From: the human T2T-CHM13v2.0 reference genome, Homo sapiens
DNA: 64,000 bases
Assembly: GCF_009914755.1 (NCBI RefSeq)
Contig: NC_060944.1
Reading direction: 5' to 3' (one strand)
Made by a program: the position numbers and the translations under genes. The notes under the pieces were generated by a model, which saw only the letters and a list, made by a program, of their open reading frames with translations, was not told where the DNA came from and did no database searches. Below, piece after piece: positions 45,282 to 60,075 of this stretch (within the stretch, counting starts at the first letter, position 1; each line of letters starts with the position of its first letter).

Positions 45282-45847
45282 TGTTTCCCCTCTTTGGAAA
45301 ACTCTTCCTGCCACTCTTTCCTTCATTAACTTACTCATCTTTGAGACCTGTTTCACTTAGGAATGCTTTTGGCTAAAATTATAGTGGTTTAAACAAAAAC
45401 AGACATATTTTTCTCCCATAACAAAAAATCTGGAGGCGGCTGGTTTCTAGTATTGGTTCTGTGACTTGGGGCTGCTATCTCTGCGATTCTCTTTGCTGTT
45501 CCCTCAGGGTCACAAGACGGCTGCCTCAGCTCCAGCTATCTCATTCCCATTTAAGGCAGGAAGAAGGACAGTGGAGCCAGCTGACTTCAGCTTGCATCTC
45601 ATTAGTCACAATTGTTCATGGCAACCCCAGCTGCAGTGGAGGCTGGGAAAGTGTTTAATTCTTGCAGCCTTGATAGAAGGAATGAGTAAAGGAGAATGGG
45701 GTTGGGAATGGCTGTCCATTAAGTATTGGTTTAAATGTCACTTCCTCCAGGAAGCCTCTCTTGATTCCCTAAACCAGGTCTGATAATCCTATTACATGCT
45801 CTCCTTGTAGATAGTACCTCTCTGTCATACCCTTATCACCACCTATA

Positions 45848-46162
45848 GTTTTTTTTTTTTCAATTTTTTTTTTTTTTTGAGATGGAGTCTCACTTTGTCG
45901 CCCAGGCTGGAGTGCAGTGGCACAATCTCAGCTCACTGCAACCTCCGCCTCCCGGGTTCAAGCGATTCTCGAGTGTCTCAGCCTCCTGAGTAGCTGAGAT
46001 TACAGGCGTATGCCATCATGCCCAGCTAATTTTTGTATTTTTAGTAGAGACGGGGTTTCATTCTGTTGGCCAGACTGGTCTCTTACTCCTGACCTCAAGT
46101 GATCCACCTGCCTTGGCCTCCCAAAGTGCTGGGATTACAGGCGTGAGCCACCATGCCCTGTC
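45848..46162 (-). mobile_element. AluS element (variant gattctcgagtgtctcag)
   Basis: Full antisense dimer; TSD acctatagttt. Confidence 0.95.
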
Positions 46163-47249
46163 TAAAACCTATAGTTTATTAATTTGCTTGTATAATCGAT
46201 TAATAGGCATCTGTTTCTTCTTGGGGCTGGGAGTTTAGTTCATGAGTTCACTCCTGTTTCTCTAGCCCCTAGCATTGTGCCTGGCACCCAGTAGGGCCTC
46301 AGTAACTATTTCTGGTCTATACTAACTGCTGCCAAGTAATTCTTCCCGGAGCACTGAGGGACCATGACCTTGGCTGGCCCAGGACCCCCTCTGACTCCCA
46401 GGGGAAGGACAGACAAGAACCTCCTTTAATCAGGTGCCTCCCCAGCAGTGGCCAAGCCTTGCTCTGGCAAGCTTTCTATGCCGCCCAGGTTTCTGGAATG
46501 GGTCCATCAGAGTTTCAATTGCACCTCTGTTGGCCACAGCATTGATAAGGAGAGGAAGCTTGTATGCAGATCAGTTCTGAGATACTGCACAGAAAGGAAG
46601 CTACTTCTGTTGCGTCACCCTGTGCCCTGGGAGGATTGAGGATCCGCAGGACCCAGGGCTGATCCCCACCCACCTCATCTCTGGCTTCTGCCTGCCAGGT
46701 GGGACTTTTAGGTTTTCTTATTTCTTTTTATTAATTGATCCAGTTATTTCACATGTGATTTGTAATTTTCACTTAAAATGGAAAATGTGAGTGACATCAA
46801 GCATTGGCTTTCTGCATATTTATTGGGTATCCATTGTGGGCTGGTGGTGGAAATTCAGAGGTGAACAGGAGGTTGCTGCCATCCTTGCCCCCTTAGGAAC
46901 TGCAGTTCAGCTTGGGAGACAGACAAAGGCATTAATCACAGATATAGATAAATGAAAAATTGCAACTCTCATAAGCCTTGTGAAAGAGAAGAAATGAAAT
47001 AGATATAATTTTGTATTTGTCCATTATGCCTTAATAAAGCTGGGGGAAAGAAGAGAAGAAATGGTGCCAGAGAGTCTATGAAAGGGATTCTCCTTAGGGA
47101 AGTTAGAAGAGGCTTCCCTGAAGCTGCAATGAAATGAGCTCATGCAGGAAGGAAAATAGGGGCCAGACAGGTGAGCAGGCCCAGAAGGTGCGTTTCAGGC
47201 CACGGGAAGAGCCAGGGCAAAGGCCCTGGGATGAGGCTTAACATGCCAC

Positions 47250-48028
47250 AGTGGTTTCCTGAGCTGTTACAACAAATTTCCATGAACTTAGTGGCTTAAA
47301 ACAACAGATATTGATTCTCTCACAGTGCTGGAGGCCAGAAGTCTGAAATCCAGGTGTCAGCAAAGCCATGTTCCTCCTGGAGGCTCTAGGGGAAAGATCC
47401 TTCCTTGCCTCTTCCAGCTTCTGATGGTTGTCAGCAACCCTTGGCGTTCCATGGTTTGAAGACGCCTTACTCCAGTCTCTTCCTTTTTCACACGGCCTTC
47501 TCCCCTGTGTCCCGGTGCCTCAAACCTCCTTTTTCTTTCTTTCAAAAAGACACAAGTCGGCCAGACGCGGTGGCTCACGCCTGTAATCCCAATACTTTGG
47601 GAGGCCGAGGTGGGCAGATGAGGTCAGGAGTTCGAGACCAGCCTGGCCAACATGATGAAACCCTGTTTCTACTAGAAATATAAAAATTAGCCAGGCCTGG
47701 TGGCGGGCACCTGTAATCCCAGCTACTCAGGAGACCGAGGCAGGAGAATCGCTTGAAAGTGGAAGGCGGAGGTTACAGTGAGCCGAGATTGTGCCACTGT
47801 ACTCCAGCTTGGGTGAGAGAGCGAAATTCTGTCTCAAAAAAAAAAAAAAAAAAAAAGACACAAGTCATTGGATTTAGGGCCCATCCTAAATCCAGGATGA
47901 TCTTGTATCAAGGTCTTTAACTGAATTACTCCTGCCAAGACCCTTTTTCCAAGTATTGTTTCATTCACAAGTATGGGGGGTTAGGACTTGGACATATGTT
48001 TTTGGGGACATTATTCAATTCACTACAT
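47250..48028 (-). mobile_element. MLT1B/C-type MaLR LTR, split by an Alu
   Basis: gtggcttaaaacaacagatattgattctctcacagtgctggaggccagaagtctgaaatc; cattggatttagggcccatcctaaatccaggatg. Confidence 0.85.
47559..47856 (+). mobile_element. AluS element
   Basis: Full dimer; TSD aaaaagacacaagtc. Confidence 0.95.
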
Positions 48029-48029
48029 G

Positions 48030-49240
48030 AGTCTGAGAAATTGAAAGCAGACTCACATGGATGGATTGTAAGGAGCCCGGGGTCCTGGCATGGGCTGAGG
48101 CAAATCTCACAGGCATGAAGCCATGCTAAGGGGACTGGAGCTGCTAAAGGACTTTATGAAGGAAAGTACCGGAATTTGATTTGTTCTTTATAACAATCTC
48201 AAGGGCCACAAAGTATAGAATTTACAGGAGGGGGCAACATGGGTGAGGGCGATCTATTAAGAGGTTGCTGAAGCTATCAGATGAAATGCTGGTGTCTGTG
48301 TCTTTGTTTAGGGACTGAAGGGCCAGATGGAGAAAGAAAAACACATGTAAGGGGTATTTTGGAGATGATGGATTTGATCTGGAGTGTGAGGAAGAGAGAG
48401 GGGTCAAGGATAACTTCTGCATTTCTTTCTTTGCTGTGAAACTATTTGGGATGTGGACTTTTGGGAGAGGTGCAGATTTTGGGGGAAGATCTTGAGTTCA
48501 GTTTTGAATCTGTTGAGTTTGAGGTGTCTGTGGTTGATGGCTTTCACAAATGGTCCCACTTATTCTCTCCCAGTGTTCACACCCCTTTGCAATGTGACTT
48601 TGCAGTTCCTCCATTGAATGGAGGAGTCAATTTTCACATCCCTGGGCTGGCCTTGTGACATGTTTGGCCTGCAGGATGTGGAAGACGGGACACCCTGCCA
48701 GCTATAAGCCTGTCTCAGGAGTCCTTACAAGCTTCCACTAACTCTTTTAGAGCCCTCCAGGATCTCCAAGTGGACAGGCTCATGCTGACCTGTTGAATGA
48801 TGAGAGACCACATGGAGCAAGATGAGCCATCCCAGCTGAGCCCATCCTAGGCTACCTGGCTCTAGCTGACCTTGAATGAGATCAGCCAAGATCAAAATAA
48901 CTATCCAGCTAATTCCAGCCTGAGTTACTAACTTCAGAATCATGAGCAAACTAGCTGGATTTTAGGGATGGTTTATTATGCACCAGTAGCTGATAAAGTC
49001 CCTTGAGCCAGCCAAATAGAGATGGGAAAAGGCAATCAAGTAGTTGGACGTACAAGTATAGGGTTCAGATTTGAGATTTAGGTAGGAGAAACAAATGTGT
49101 GTATCTCCTGGATAGAAGGAATAAGTTTGTGAAGGAGACAGAAAAGGAGTGGCTGGAGAAGTGGCAGAGAAACTAGGAGAAGCCACAGAAGGAAGAAGTT
49201 GTGGACAGTGTCAGCTCCTGCTGAAGGTTTAACTGGATTT
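48030..49240 (-). mobile_element. L2 fragments, interrupted by an MLT1 LTR
   Basis: gagttcagttttgaatctgttgagtttgaggtgtct; ggggtcaaggataact. Confidence 0.65.
48528..48990 (+). mobile_element. MLT1G/H-type MaLR LTR
   Basis: cacccctttgcaatgtgactttgcagttcctcc...gggctggccttgtgacatgtttggcc. Confidence 0.7.
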
Positions 49241-49409
49241 TAAAGCAAGGGACAGCATGAGCACAGTGAGTGGAGGCATGGCTGGAGATGGCCCAGAGAT
49301 CCCTCACCTGTTAGGGTGAAGCCAAAGCCTGACCCTGAAAAGTTCTCGATCGTCTATTTACAATTTGCTTAGTTTTTTGGGAAGAATTGATTTTTGATTG
49401 CACAAGTGA

Positions 49410-49875
49410 GGTGATTGCAAAAACAGCCACAGATTCTTCCCATCCCTGTTTGTGTGCCCTTTGCAATGACTTTGCAGGAACTTTCAAGAGGTATCCACCC
49501 CATGTATCTGGCTGGAACACATGACTTGCTTTGGCCAATGGGACAATAACAGCCATGACTTAAGTAGAGGCTTGAAGAGTGTATGCATGAAGCTTCCTTC
49601 TGTGTTCTCAGGATCCCTGCTATGGCCCCAGCGTGAAGAAGCCAAGACTAGCCTGCTGGGTAATGAGAGATAGATGGCCCAGTGATTCCTGCTTCCTAGC
49701 CAATAGCCAGCAAGCCCCAGAAGCAGAGCCACCTAGGTAAATGGCAGATGACTGCAGACACTTGGAGGAGCCCACCCAAGATCAGCAAAAGAACTGCCCA
49801 GTTGAGCCTGGCCCAAAATGCTGACCCTCAGAATCATCAGCTAAATATGCAATTTGTATTTTAAGCCACAGTTTC
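49410..49875 (+). mobile_element. MLT1G/H-type MaLR LTR
   Basis: gccctttgcaatgactttgc...tgacttgctttggccaatgg...aactgcccagttgagcctggcccaaa. Confidence 0.7.
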
Positions 49876-50711
49876 TTATCCATAGAGTGGAAGTAATAAT
49901 AGTGTTTTCTTACTAGGGTTTTTATATAGATTAATTAGAGTAACTGAGACATGTAAAGTTCTGAAAACAACACCTCGCACAATAAATGTTGATTCTTCTT
50001 TTATAATAATAATCACCACCATCTCCTCCTCCTCCTTCCACCATATTTCCAGATATAGAAAAATCCACTTTGTAGTCTTTCTGCTACTGAAGAACATTTA
50101 GATTATCTGTGTTTTTGCCATGAACATCCTTGTACTTGCCTCTTTGAGTGTTTCTGCAAGTTTGTCTCCAGGGTAGATACGGAGAAGGAGAAGAACTGGA
50201 TCATAGAGCATATGTGTCTTGAATTTTAAAAGATATTCTCAAATTTATGCACCTCCCAGCAGCAAGGGGGCTCCCATTTCCTCCACACTCACACCTGTAC
50301 TTGCTGTCACCAGAAATGCTGCCTCTCTGTTTTACTTTGCCTTGCTCCAACTTCTCGTGAAGTTGGCCGTCTTTTGCATGTTTGTTGTTTGTGGTTCCCT
50401 TAAATGGGCTGACTTCCCTTCAGAGCCTCTTCCCTCGGGAAACCCTGCCTCTCACATAGGCCCCAACTTGGGTCATTTATATTCCTCCCTGTTCCAGTGA
50501 AGTCTCTGAATTGTAAGGAGCAGAACCCAGATAGGTAGTTCAAGTAAGAAGAGGGTCTGCTGAAAGAAGCTGGCAAAATCTCATGGAACTCAAGGCAGGA
50601 AGGATGGGCCCAGTTCTTACAGAAACTGGGCAGTTGTTATTTCTTTTTCTCTGGGACCCTGCGGGCTCTCTCCTCTCTCTCTGCCCCTTCCCCTTCTTCT
50701 TCCATCATTAA

Positions 50712-51096
<385 letters not shown>

Positions 51097-51336
51097 AAGG
51101 CTGCCTTTTCTGGCCATGGGTGAAACACGTAGCTTAGGCACACCCAGGGGACTCTATCCCGGGAGTGGGCCAACACTGTTTCCCAGGCAGCATGAGTCCT
51201 GAATTCATTCAACATAAAAAAAAAAATCAAATCAGAAAGAAAAGAAAGAAGACAAATTCTTCCAGCCACATCTAATACAGGAAAAGGAAATATTTGCTTT
51301 CCCTACAGATTTTCTGGTCAGTTGCCTATGGTAGAT

Positions 51337-51929
<593 letters not shown>

Positions 51930-53482
51930 GTATGGTGGAATTTTAACAATGCCAAATGCTTAGGGCCGACCTTTTGGTCTAGGAACATGGAAATGTTACG
52001 TGTAGCCACCAGGATTAAATGAAGAGAAAGTCGGCTAGTGGGTGTCCTGATAGAGTACCTCATTCCCAGCTCTTACTTGGAATTTTTGGGTTGATTCGCA
52101 TGGCTGCTTCTCAAAAACTTTCTTCTCACGTGGTGGCCAGGACTTTGTGGGCCTAAGCCCCGTCCAGAGCTGTGGCGATCTCCCGGGCACTCGAATTTCA
52201 TTTCTCCTTGGCCGTGTTCCTGGTACTTCAATAAAAAAAATCTGAAAAGCACGGGGAGTTTATCTCTTCAGCTACAAATGTCTTTCATTTCTCCGGAAAG
52301 AAATGAAAACACACACTGCCATGTAATGATGTTTACCGAAAAAAACAATCTCCCTGTAAAATCAACAGACAAAACCTGTATAAAATGGATCATTCAGCGG
52401 CTTCCTTGCAAACTCTACACCTTAATCCCTGCCACCAGCCTGTGCACCTTGAGCTCTTTGGCATTTTGTTTGTTTTACTTTCTTGAAAGCGCATGAGTGG
52501 AAAGAGGCATGTCCACAATTGTGTGGGTGAGCAGCGAGGAGACATTCTCCAAATAGCTCATCAGAGCATCCATCAATAGACGTTTTTCTCCTCGGCTCAT
52601 GGCAGCGAATCAAATATTTAAATGTGATTTTTAGACTTAAAGGCACATGAAGCAATTTGTTTGACGAAGGAGGGAGTGGGTTGGAAAACTCTGCTCTGAT
52701 GATGGGGAGAATTTTCTGCAGGGCTGAAGCTAACTCACCTGTGACACATGTTGCCTACAAATTGGGGTGCCCCTATCATGTAACAAAGGCTCCTTTGTGG
52801 AGGGGGTCAAGGCTGCACCCCATCAGTGGGCTCGGGGGCTGTAGTCTCCTTGGCGACAAGTCCTTTGCCCTGACAACGTCCACCTCCCGGGGATGTTCCC
52901 CACGGCAGCTTTTTGAGTTGAGTGCTGACAACTCCGATTTGCCAGCGAAGGGGGAAAAAATCAAAAATGATTCATCCGCCTGCTCAGCGTAGTGGGAAAG
53001 GGACTGACGGGGCCTTCAGCCGCTCGGCATCTCACCGTGGCAGAGGGAAATGCTAACAGGAGCAGACAGCCACGGTGGAACTGGGGGTTGGGGGCACAGG
53101 AGCAGGAGAACGGAACACGAGAGGATCTGAGAGGGGCACGCCAAGTGGGTTCAGGCAAGAGACCCCGAGAGGCTCGTTTCGCCAAAGCATCACCTTGGGA
53201 GCCCCGCACCTGCCTCGTCTGGGCCAGTGCTCCCCGAGGTTGGTGGTCCTATGAGAGCTGCCGTTCTTAGGCTGGGACTGGTAGCCCCAATGTAATTTGG
53301 TACCCAGGTGGACATTTTTATTACAAAAATGCATAGTAGTGAAAACACAACTAGCATCCAAAAATTATGCTTTCAGGTGCTATTTTTTTTTTAATAGAAA
53401 TAACGACAATCCTTACCCGGGAAGCAGTCATTATTGCTGGCCAGGCCATGTTCCAAGTGATAAGCACAAGCCTCTGTTTTTA

Positions 53483-53850
<368 letters not shown>

Positions 53851-53978
53851 TTACCAACATTCCCATGTTACAGATGAGAAAGCCACCGATGCCAAAGAAA
53901 TTACATCAATTTCTCCACACTCATCGTCCCAGGTGTTGATTTGTTGATTTTTATAAACCAATCATAACCAGTTCAGCC

Positions 53979-54384
<406 letters not shown>

Positions 54385-54909
54385 AGTTCAGCCTTCTTCT
54401 CCCTCCACACGCCATCCGGGGGGTGCTCAGTGGAGACCTGTTGACTCACAGCTCTGTCAACTCATGAGCCCCGTGTGTTTCCCGTCCTTTTTCTTGGGCC
54501 GACTGTATGACTTGGCTTATGTAAACCCGGCTCATCAAAATCGTAACAGATGTCTATCCCACAGCAAGGCTCACGTTCCCTCTTCCAGAAAAGCCTGCTT
54601 TTCTACATTTAGGAAATGGTGACGCAGGTAAAACACAGCAATTTGATCAGTCATGGTTTAGAAAGCATTTCACCTTCTGTGGGGTCAATTCCAAGGCAAC
54701 AGGCAAGCTTGGGAATGTGTGCAGTCCCAGGCAAGGCGTCTGCGTGAACAGGGGAGCCCCCACCGTCAAGCTGCTGCCTTTAGCATCTCGCATTCCTAGC
54801 TCTCAGCTCCCCGCAGGACAAAAGGCTGCTTTCCTTCCCTGCCTCTGAGGTTAACAATCGGCCCATTCACACTCCCGACCTGTCTGGTAGCTGCTGGAAA
54901 ACAGGTCCG

Positions 54910-55685
54910 TGCAACACAAGCAGGCACAATCCTCACACAAACATTTCCCCGCATTCTCGCACTGCCAATGCACTCAGCACACATCCACATACTCACACAC
55001 AGACGCTTACACACATACACACACCCTTATGGTTATTGATGCACACCCAGACACACTCTCACATGCAAGCACACACTCTCATACACTTTTATACACAAAC
55101 ACAGTCTCACACAACACTCTCCCTCTACACACACACACACCCAGAAAATGCGAACTCACACACACACGCACACACATGCTTTCTCACACACATACACTTG
55201 CTTCTTCTGGGCCAGTGTTCCCCAAGGTTGGTGGGACTCGTGCACACACACTCTCACACACATGCTCATGCACTCACACACAGACACAGTCACACACACA
55301 CACAGACACAGACACACTCTCATTCCTATGCACATGCACACACACTCCCCTCACACACTCACAGGCACACACTCCCTCCCCCCACACACTCACACACACA
55401 CTCCCTCCCCCCACACTCACACACAGACACACTCACAGACACACTGCCTCCCACACACACTCACACACAGACACATTCACAGACACACACTCCAACCCCG
55501 ACACACTCACACACAGACACACTCACACACTCCGATCCCTACACACACACAGACACTCACAGATACTCCCTCCCCCACACACAGACACACTCACTCCCCC
55601 CCACAGACACACTCACAGACACACACTTCCTCCCCCTCACACACACAGACACACTCACACACACTCTGACCTCGACACACACTGA
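54910..55685. repeat. Degenerate (CA)n-rich low-complexity tract, about 775 bp
   Basis: cacacactcacacacagacacac-type units. Confidence 0.92.
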
Positions 55686-56154
55686 AAACCCTGGTAGGGA
55701 CCAGGTGTGGATATGCAGATTTCATGGTCCAAGCTGAGGAAAACCTTGTAAATTGATGGTCAGTGAATTAATCAAAAAGCCTCTACTGGGCACCAGGCTG
55801 CAGGCTCCATGCTGGGGCCTGGGGAGCCCAAATCAGGAGAGAGGCGGTGGTGAGGCAGCTGGGCACAGACCGATGGATCAGGACCCACATCCCTCCAATC
55901 TCCAAGGACCTGGAGTCTCTTCTCAGCCTCAGTTTCCCCAGGTATAGTGACTCAATCCCCTCACTTCCTTTCTGTGGTGCCAAGGGGCTCGACACCCCTG
56001 GGCAGGGAGATGGGTGCCTTCTGATCCATGGTGAAGCCTTGCCTGGCTTGCTCTGGGAGAGGCAAGCAGGTAGCCAGCGCCTCAGAGGCACAGGGCCTTT
56101 GCAGCAGTGGCGCCACATGCCGGCAGCCTCCCCCAGGGTGAGGTGGCCTATTAT

Positions 56155-56370
56155 ACACACTGGCTCTGGGGCCAGGTGAGTGGCCTGTGTTCAAATCCTG
56201 CCTCTGCCACTTATAAGCTCAGCAGCCTTAGGCAAAATGCTGGGCCTCTCTGCAGCCGTCTTACTTGCAGGGCACGGATGATGCTGGCTCACCCGTTCCT
56301 CGTTCCTCGGGAGAGTGAGTGAGTGAGTTCACAGAGAGCCCTGGGGACAGCGGGGGCTCAGCTCAGCACC
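56155..56370 (+). mobile_element. MIR SINE
   Basis: gttcaaatcctgcctctgccacttataagct. Confidence 0.7.
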
Positions 56371-56517
56371 CTGCCTCCTGCCTCAGGTTGGACCTTGTCC
56401 CTGGCTACCTCCTTCTCCCCCCAGCATGGCCCCTTATCTGGCCCTCCTTCCTCAGAGAGGCCTGCCCGGGCCACCTGGCGAGTGTAGCTTGGTCCCTGTG
56501 GCCTCATAGTACCCTCC

Positions 56518-56818
56518 TTTTTTTTTTTTTTTTTTTGAGACTGGCGTTGCTCTGTAGCCCAGGCTGGAGTGGAGGGGCACCACCATACTTCACTGCAGCC
56601 TCAACCTCCCCAGGCTCAAGTGATCCTCCCACCTCGGCCTCCCGAGTCACTGGGACTGCAGGTGCACACCATCACACTCTGCTAATTTTCACATTTTTTG
56701 TAGCAATGGGATGTTGCCATGTTGCCCAGACTGGTCTCAAACTCCTGGGCTCAAGTGATTCTCCTGTTTCGGCCTCCCATAGTGCTGGGATTGCAGGGGT
56801 GAGCCACTGTGACTGGCC
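56518..56818 (-). mobile_element. AluJ element inside an L2 3' end
   Basis: Diverged dimer; degenerate TSD ctcatag..cctc. Confidence 0.92.
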
Positions 56819-59244
56819 TCTCATAGCATCCTCTTTACCTCCTTGGCTGAGCTCGTCACAACTTACAACTTGATATTTATTCCTCTAGCCTTTTCCTTCC
56901 CCACTAGACTGTAAGGTCCGTGAGAGCGGGTCTGTCTGTTCCCCATGGTGTCTCCCCGGAGCCCAGCAGCGTGTTGGCCCACAGAAGGCACTGAGTACTT
57001 TCGTGCTGAAGAACCTTCCAATAACCCTGACAGATAGAGAAGCAAATCCTGCTGTGTAGACCAAGAGGGGGAGGGGCTGCAGAGGCAGGGGGATTGGGGG
57101 TAAGACTGGATATTAGGAGACAGTGAGGAGAGGCAGTCACGCCCCGCCGGACAGCCGCCCACTTGCAGGGCACAGGCGGCATAAAGCAGTTTATTCAGGG
57201 AGCCCCAGGCCCACCAGGACAGCTGATCAAGGCAGGGACACGGCCAGCCACTGCGTTTTTGACACGACTTGCTGGCTCAGCCCTGGAGAACGTAATTATA
57301 AACCCCAACTCCACGAGGAGGAGGAGTTTCAGCCTCTTTTTCCCTGAGTATTTTGTGGAGCCCAAGGCCCAGGCCCGTGAGCCAACTCCCTGCAGGGTGG
57401 CTGAGCAGGCGCGGGTTTCTTTTCACCTTGCTCATTAGAGGATTAACAGTGAAGAAAAAAGCCATAAGGACAGCCACCGGGCACACACTGTCACCCGTGA
57501 CCTCCTGCATCCCCCGGGGTTCTTCTTTCTGCCAGGGCAGACAGACATAGGCACCTCTCACCCTGGCTGCATGCAAATGGGCCTCAGTTTCCTGAATTGC
57601 TCACCTCAGGGGCGGTGCCAAGGGGAGATGAACATACAAATGAATGAACTAACATACTCTCTAAGTAAAAACCATGCTTCCTCTGTGAGTGGAGGCTTCA
57701 GACATGCCTAGGCTCCCCTTACATCTGGGCTTAGCCTTGAGCCCCTCCGAGGCAGAAATTCTGAAACCCCTTTGTCTCAACTTGAACTCAGGAGCCCTGT
57801 TTCTCCTCCATCCCTGTCCCTTCCTCCTACTCATTTGCCAAGTGACCTCGCAAACTCATAGAATGTCTCTGGAATAATACTTGCCCGACTGTCATCTCCT
57901 CCCTCTTACCTTCTCCACGGGATGTGAATTTCTGGTGACAAAACGTCCCTGCACCTTTAACCAAATCACTTCCAAACCTCACTGAGCCCCGACTTACTCA
58001 TCTGCAAAATAAGACCGTGGCAGCGGAGCTCCCCACGCACACACCATGGCTCACAAAGACAGCGGGAATTTGGGGGAGCGCTCCTGGGGAGGTGGAGAAC
58101 AGGTTAAAGGGGTGGGTGTGGTGGGATTAATTTGTTCCTCACAAGGTCTTCAGTGCTTCTGCTTTTAATTTCCTGTACCTCTTGGAAAGGGATTAACATC
58201 TTATTGCTCAAAGCAGTGACTGGGGAGAGGCGTGAGCGGGAAAGATGGTTCTAAGATGGAGTGAGTGTCTCAGGTGGGAGGGAGGCGGCTGGGGCCGAGG
58301 TGAGGCTGGGCTCTCTGGCTTTCCTGGCAGGGGAGTGCTTCCTCTTCCCTAGTTCACACCTGACCGGCCTGCTGAGCTTTCCACGGGCTGTGGGAGTGAA
58401 CCCTCTAAGTTTTTTCCAGCCCTTCCTGCAGAGGTAATGTCTATCCTCGTGTGTGCCTCTAGGAGCTGCTGGATTAAAATAGTTAAATCAAGGAAGGACC
58501 CAGCCAAGCCATCCCCACCCATGGCTGGGGGCCTGTCCCAGGGCCAGCCTGCCTCCCGGGTGCTGTTTCCGGGTTTCCTGGGGAGCTTTCATCCCTGGGC
58601 ACAGGGTGGTTTGTGCACAGCGAGGAGAGGAGGTGGGAGCCTGGCGGAGTCCAACCTGACCCCACTTGTTTGTTCCCTTCAGAGGCTTCTCTGCCCCTTC
58701 CCAGAGCTCCCTCTATGAAATAACTTGTTTGCTGAAAAAAAAACTTTCTTTACTCATTTTATTGCTGGTAAGTGTCCTGGTACAATAACTTATTGTGTGT
58801 TGGTCTGAAGTGAGGGTGGGGTGCGGAGAACCTTGGGAGCTCCAGCTGCCCCTTGCCCTCCCCCACTTGAACAGGTAAGACTTCCGAGATCAGAGGTGGA
58901 AGCTGGGAAGCCCTGGAGGCTCAGGAGCAAGCAGGAGCGAGTCTCCACTTGCCTTCAGCCTCTGCTTTTGAAGTGTGATTGCCTTGCAGATGGGCTCCAC
59001 CCACACAACCGGCCCTTCCCTGGCAAAGGCTGGGCAACCGCTGCTCCCGCCCAGCATCCCCCAACCCACACCTCACCCCCCGCACCCCACATACACACAT
59101 CTGTGCTCTGCGGATTCCCATGGAATCTTAAGGCCCTTAATAAGGAGTCCACACGCTGGGGCAAATGCACGATCTGAGCAGGTGTGTTCATCTGGGCTTC
59201 TAGTTGAAATCAAGTCTGAGGTCATTTCTGTTGGAAGAAGACTT

Positions 59245-59930
59245 ACTCATTTATTCATTTATTAATTCATTCAACAAATATTGATTTACTGCCGACACCA
59301 CATGGGCCACATGGCCATGCTGGGGATTAAGAAGAATGGGCTGGGGGTGAGCATAGCAGACACTCCTGCAGTTTGCCAGGGGAGAGAGACACGGAACAGA
59401 TTCGAGAATAGGGGCAGACCAGGCACCTGCCATGTGCCAGGCACTCACCTGAGAGCTTTGCCTCTAGTATCGCATTTAATCTTCATAAGAACCTGATCCT
59501 GTAGGTTGATTGTTAGGATCCTCAATCAGGGAACCAAGGCTGACAGAGGTCAAGAGACTTGCCCGAGGTTGCTCAGCTAGTGAGGAGCAGGGCCTGGATT
59601 TGAATACGAGGTGCCTGGTTCAGAGGCCACACCTATAACCAGGACCCTGCATGCCTGTGATGAGTTCTTAATCGCCGTGAGAAGGCCAGGAGCAAACAGC
59701 AGGGTCTGCTCTGGGCGATTCTAGAAAGGGAACCTGATTCAGGCTGGAGATCAGCAAGACTGTCGGAGGAAACGCCCTTGAAGCTGCACTTGGAAAGATG
59801 GGGAAGAATCAGATGGGCCAAGAATGGAAGCATGTTCCAGGAAGAGTGAACGGCATGTGCCAAGGCCCCGAGGCAGAAGAACGTGGTATGTGGGAGGAAT
59901 GCATGGAGGCTCATGTGGCTGGAGCCAGCA
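59245..59930 (-). mobile_element. L2 and MIR fragments
   Basis: ttcattcaacaaatattgatt L2 tail; gacttgcccgaggttgctcagctagtgag MIR core; gcatgttccaggaagagtgaacggcatgtgccaaggcc. Confidence 0.65.
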
Positions 59931-60075
59931 CACAGGTCCTGTCCCTTTTGTAGCAGATGCAGTTCCCTACTCACCAATTGCTCGCCCTTCTCCCACCTAA
60001 CCAACAGCACCCCGCTTCTCTCCCCCACAGCCCCAAGGGAGGGTGAGTTTCAGGAAAGGTAGGCTCCAACCCAGG

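Noticed and set aside
54909-55737. His/Thr-rich ORFs of 173-258 aa
   Set aside because: Translations of the (CA)n tract
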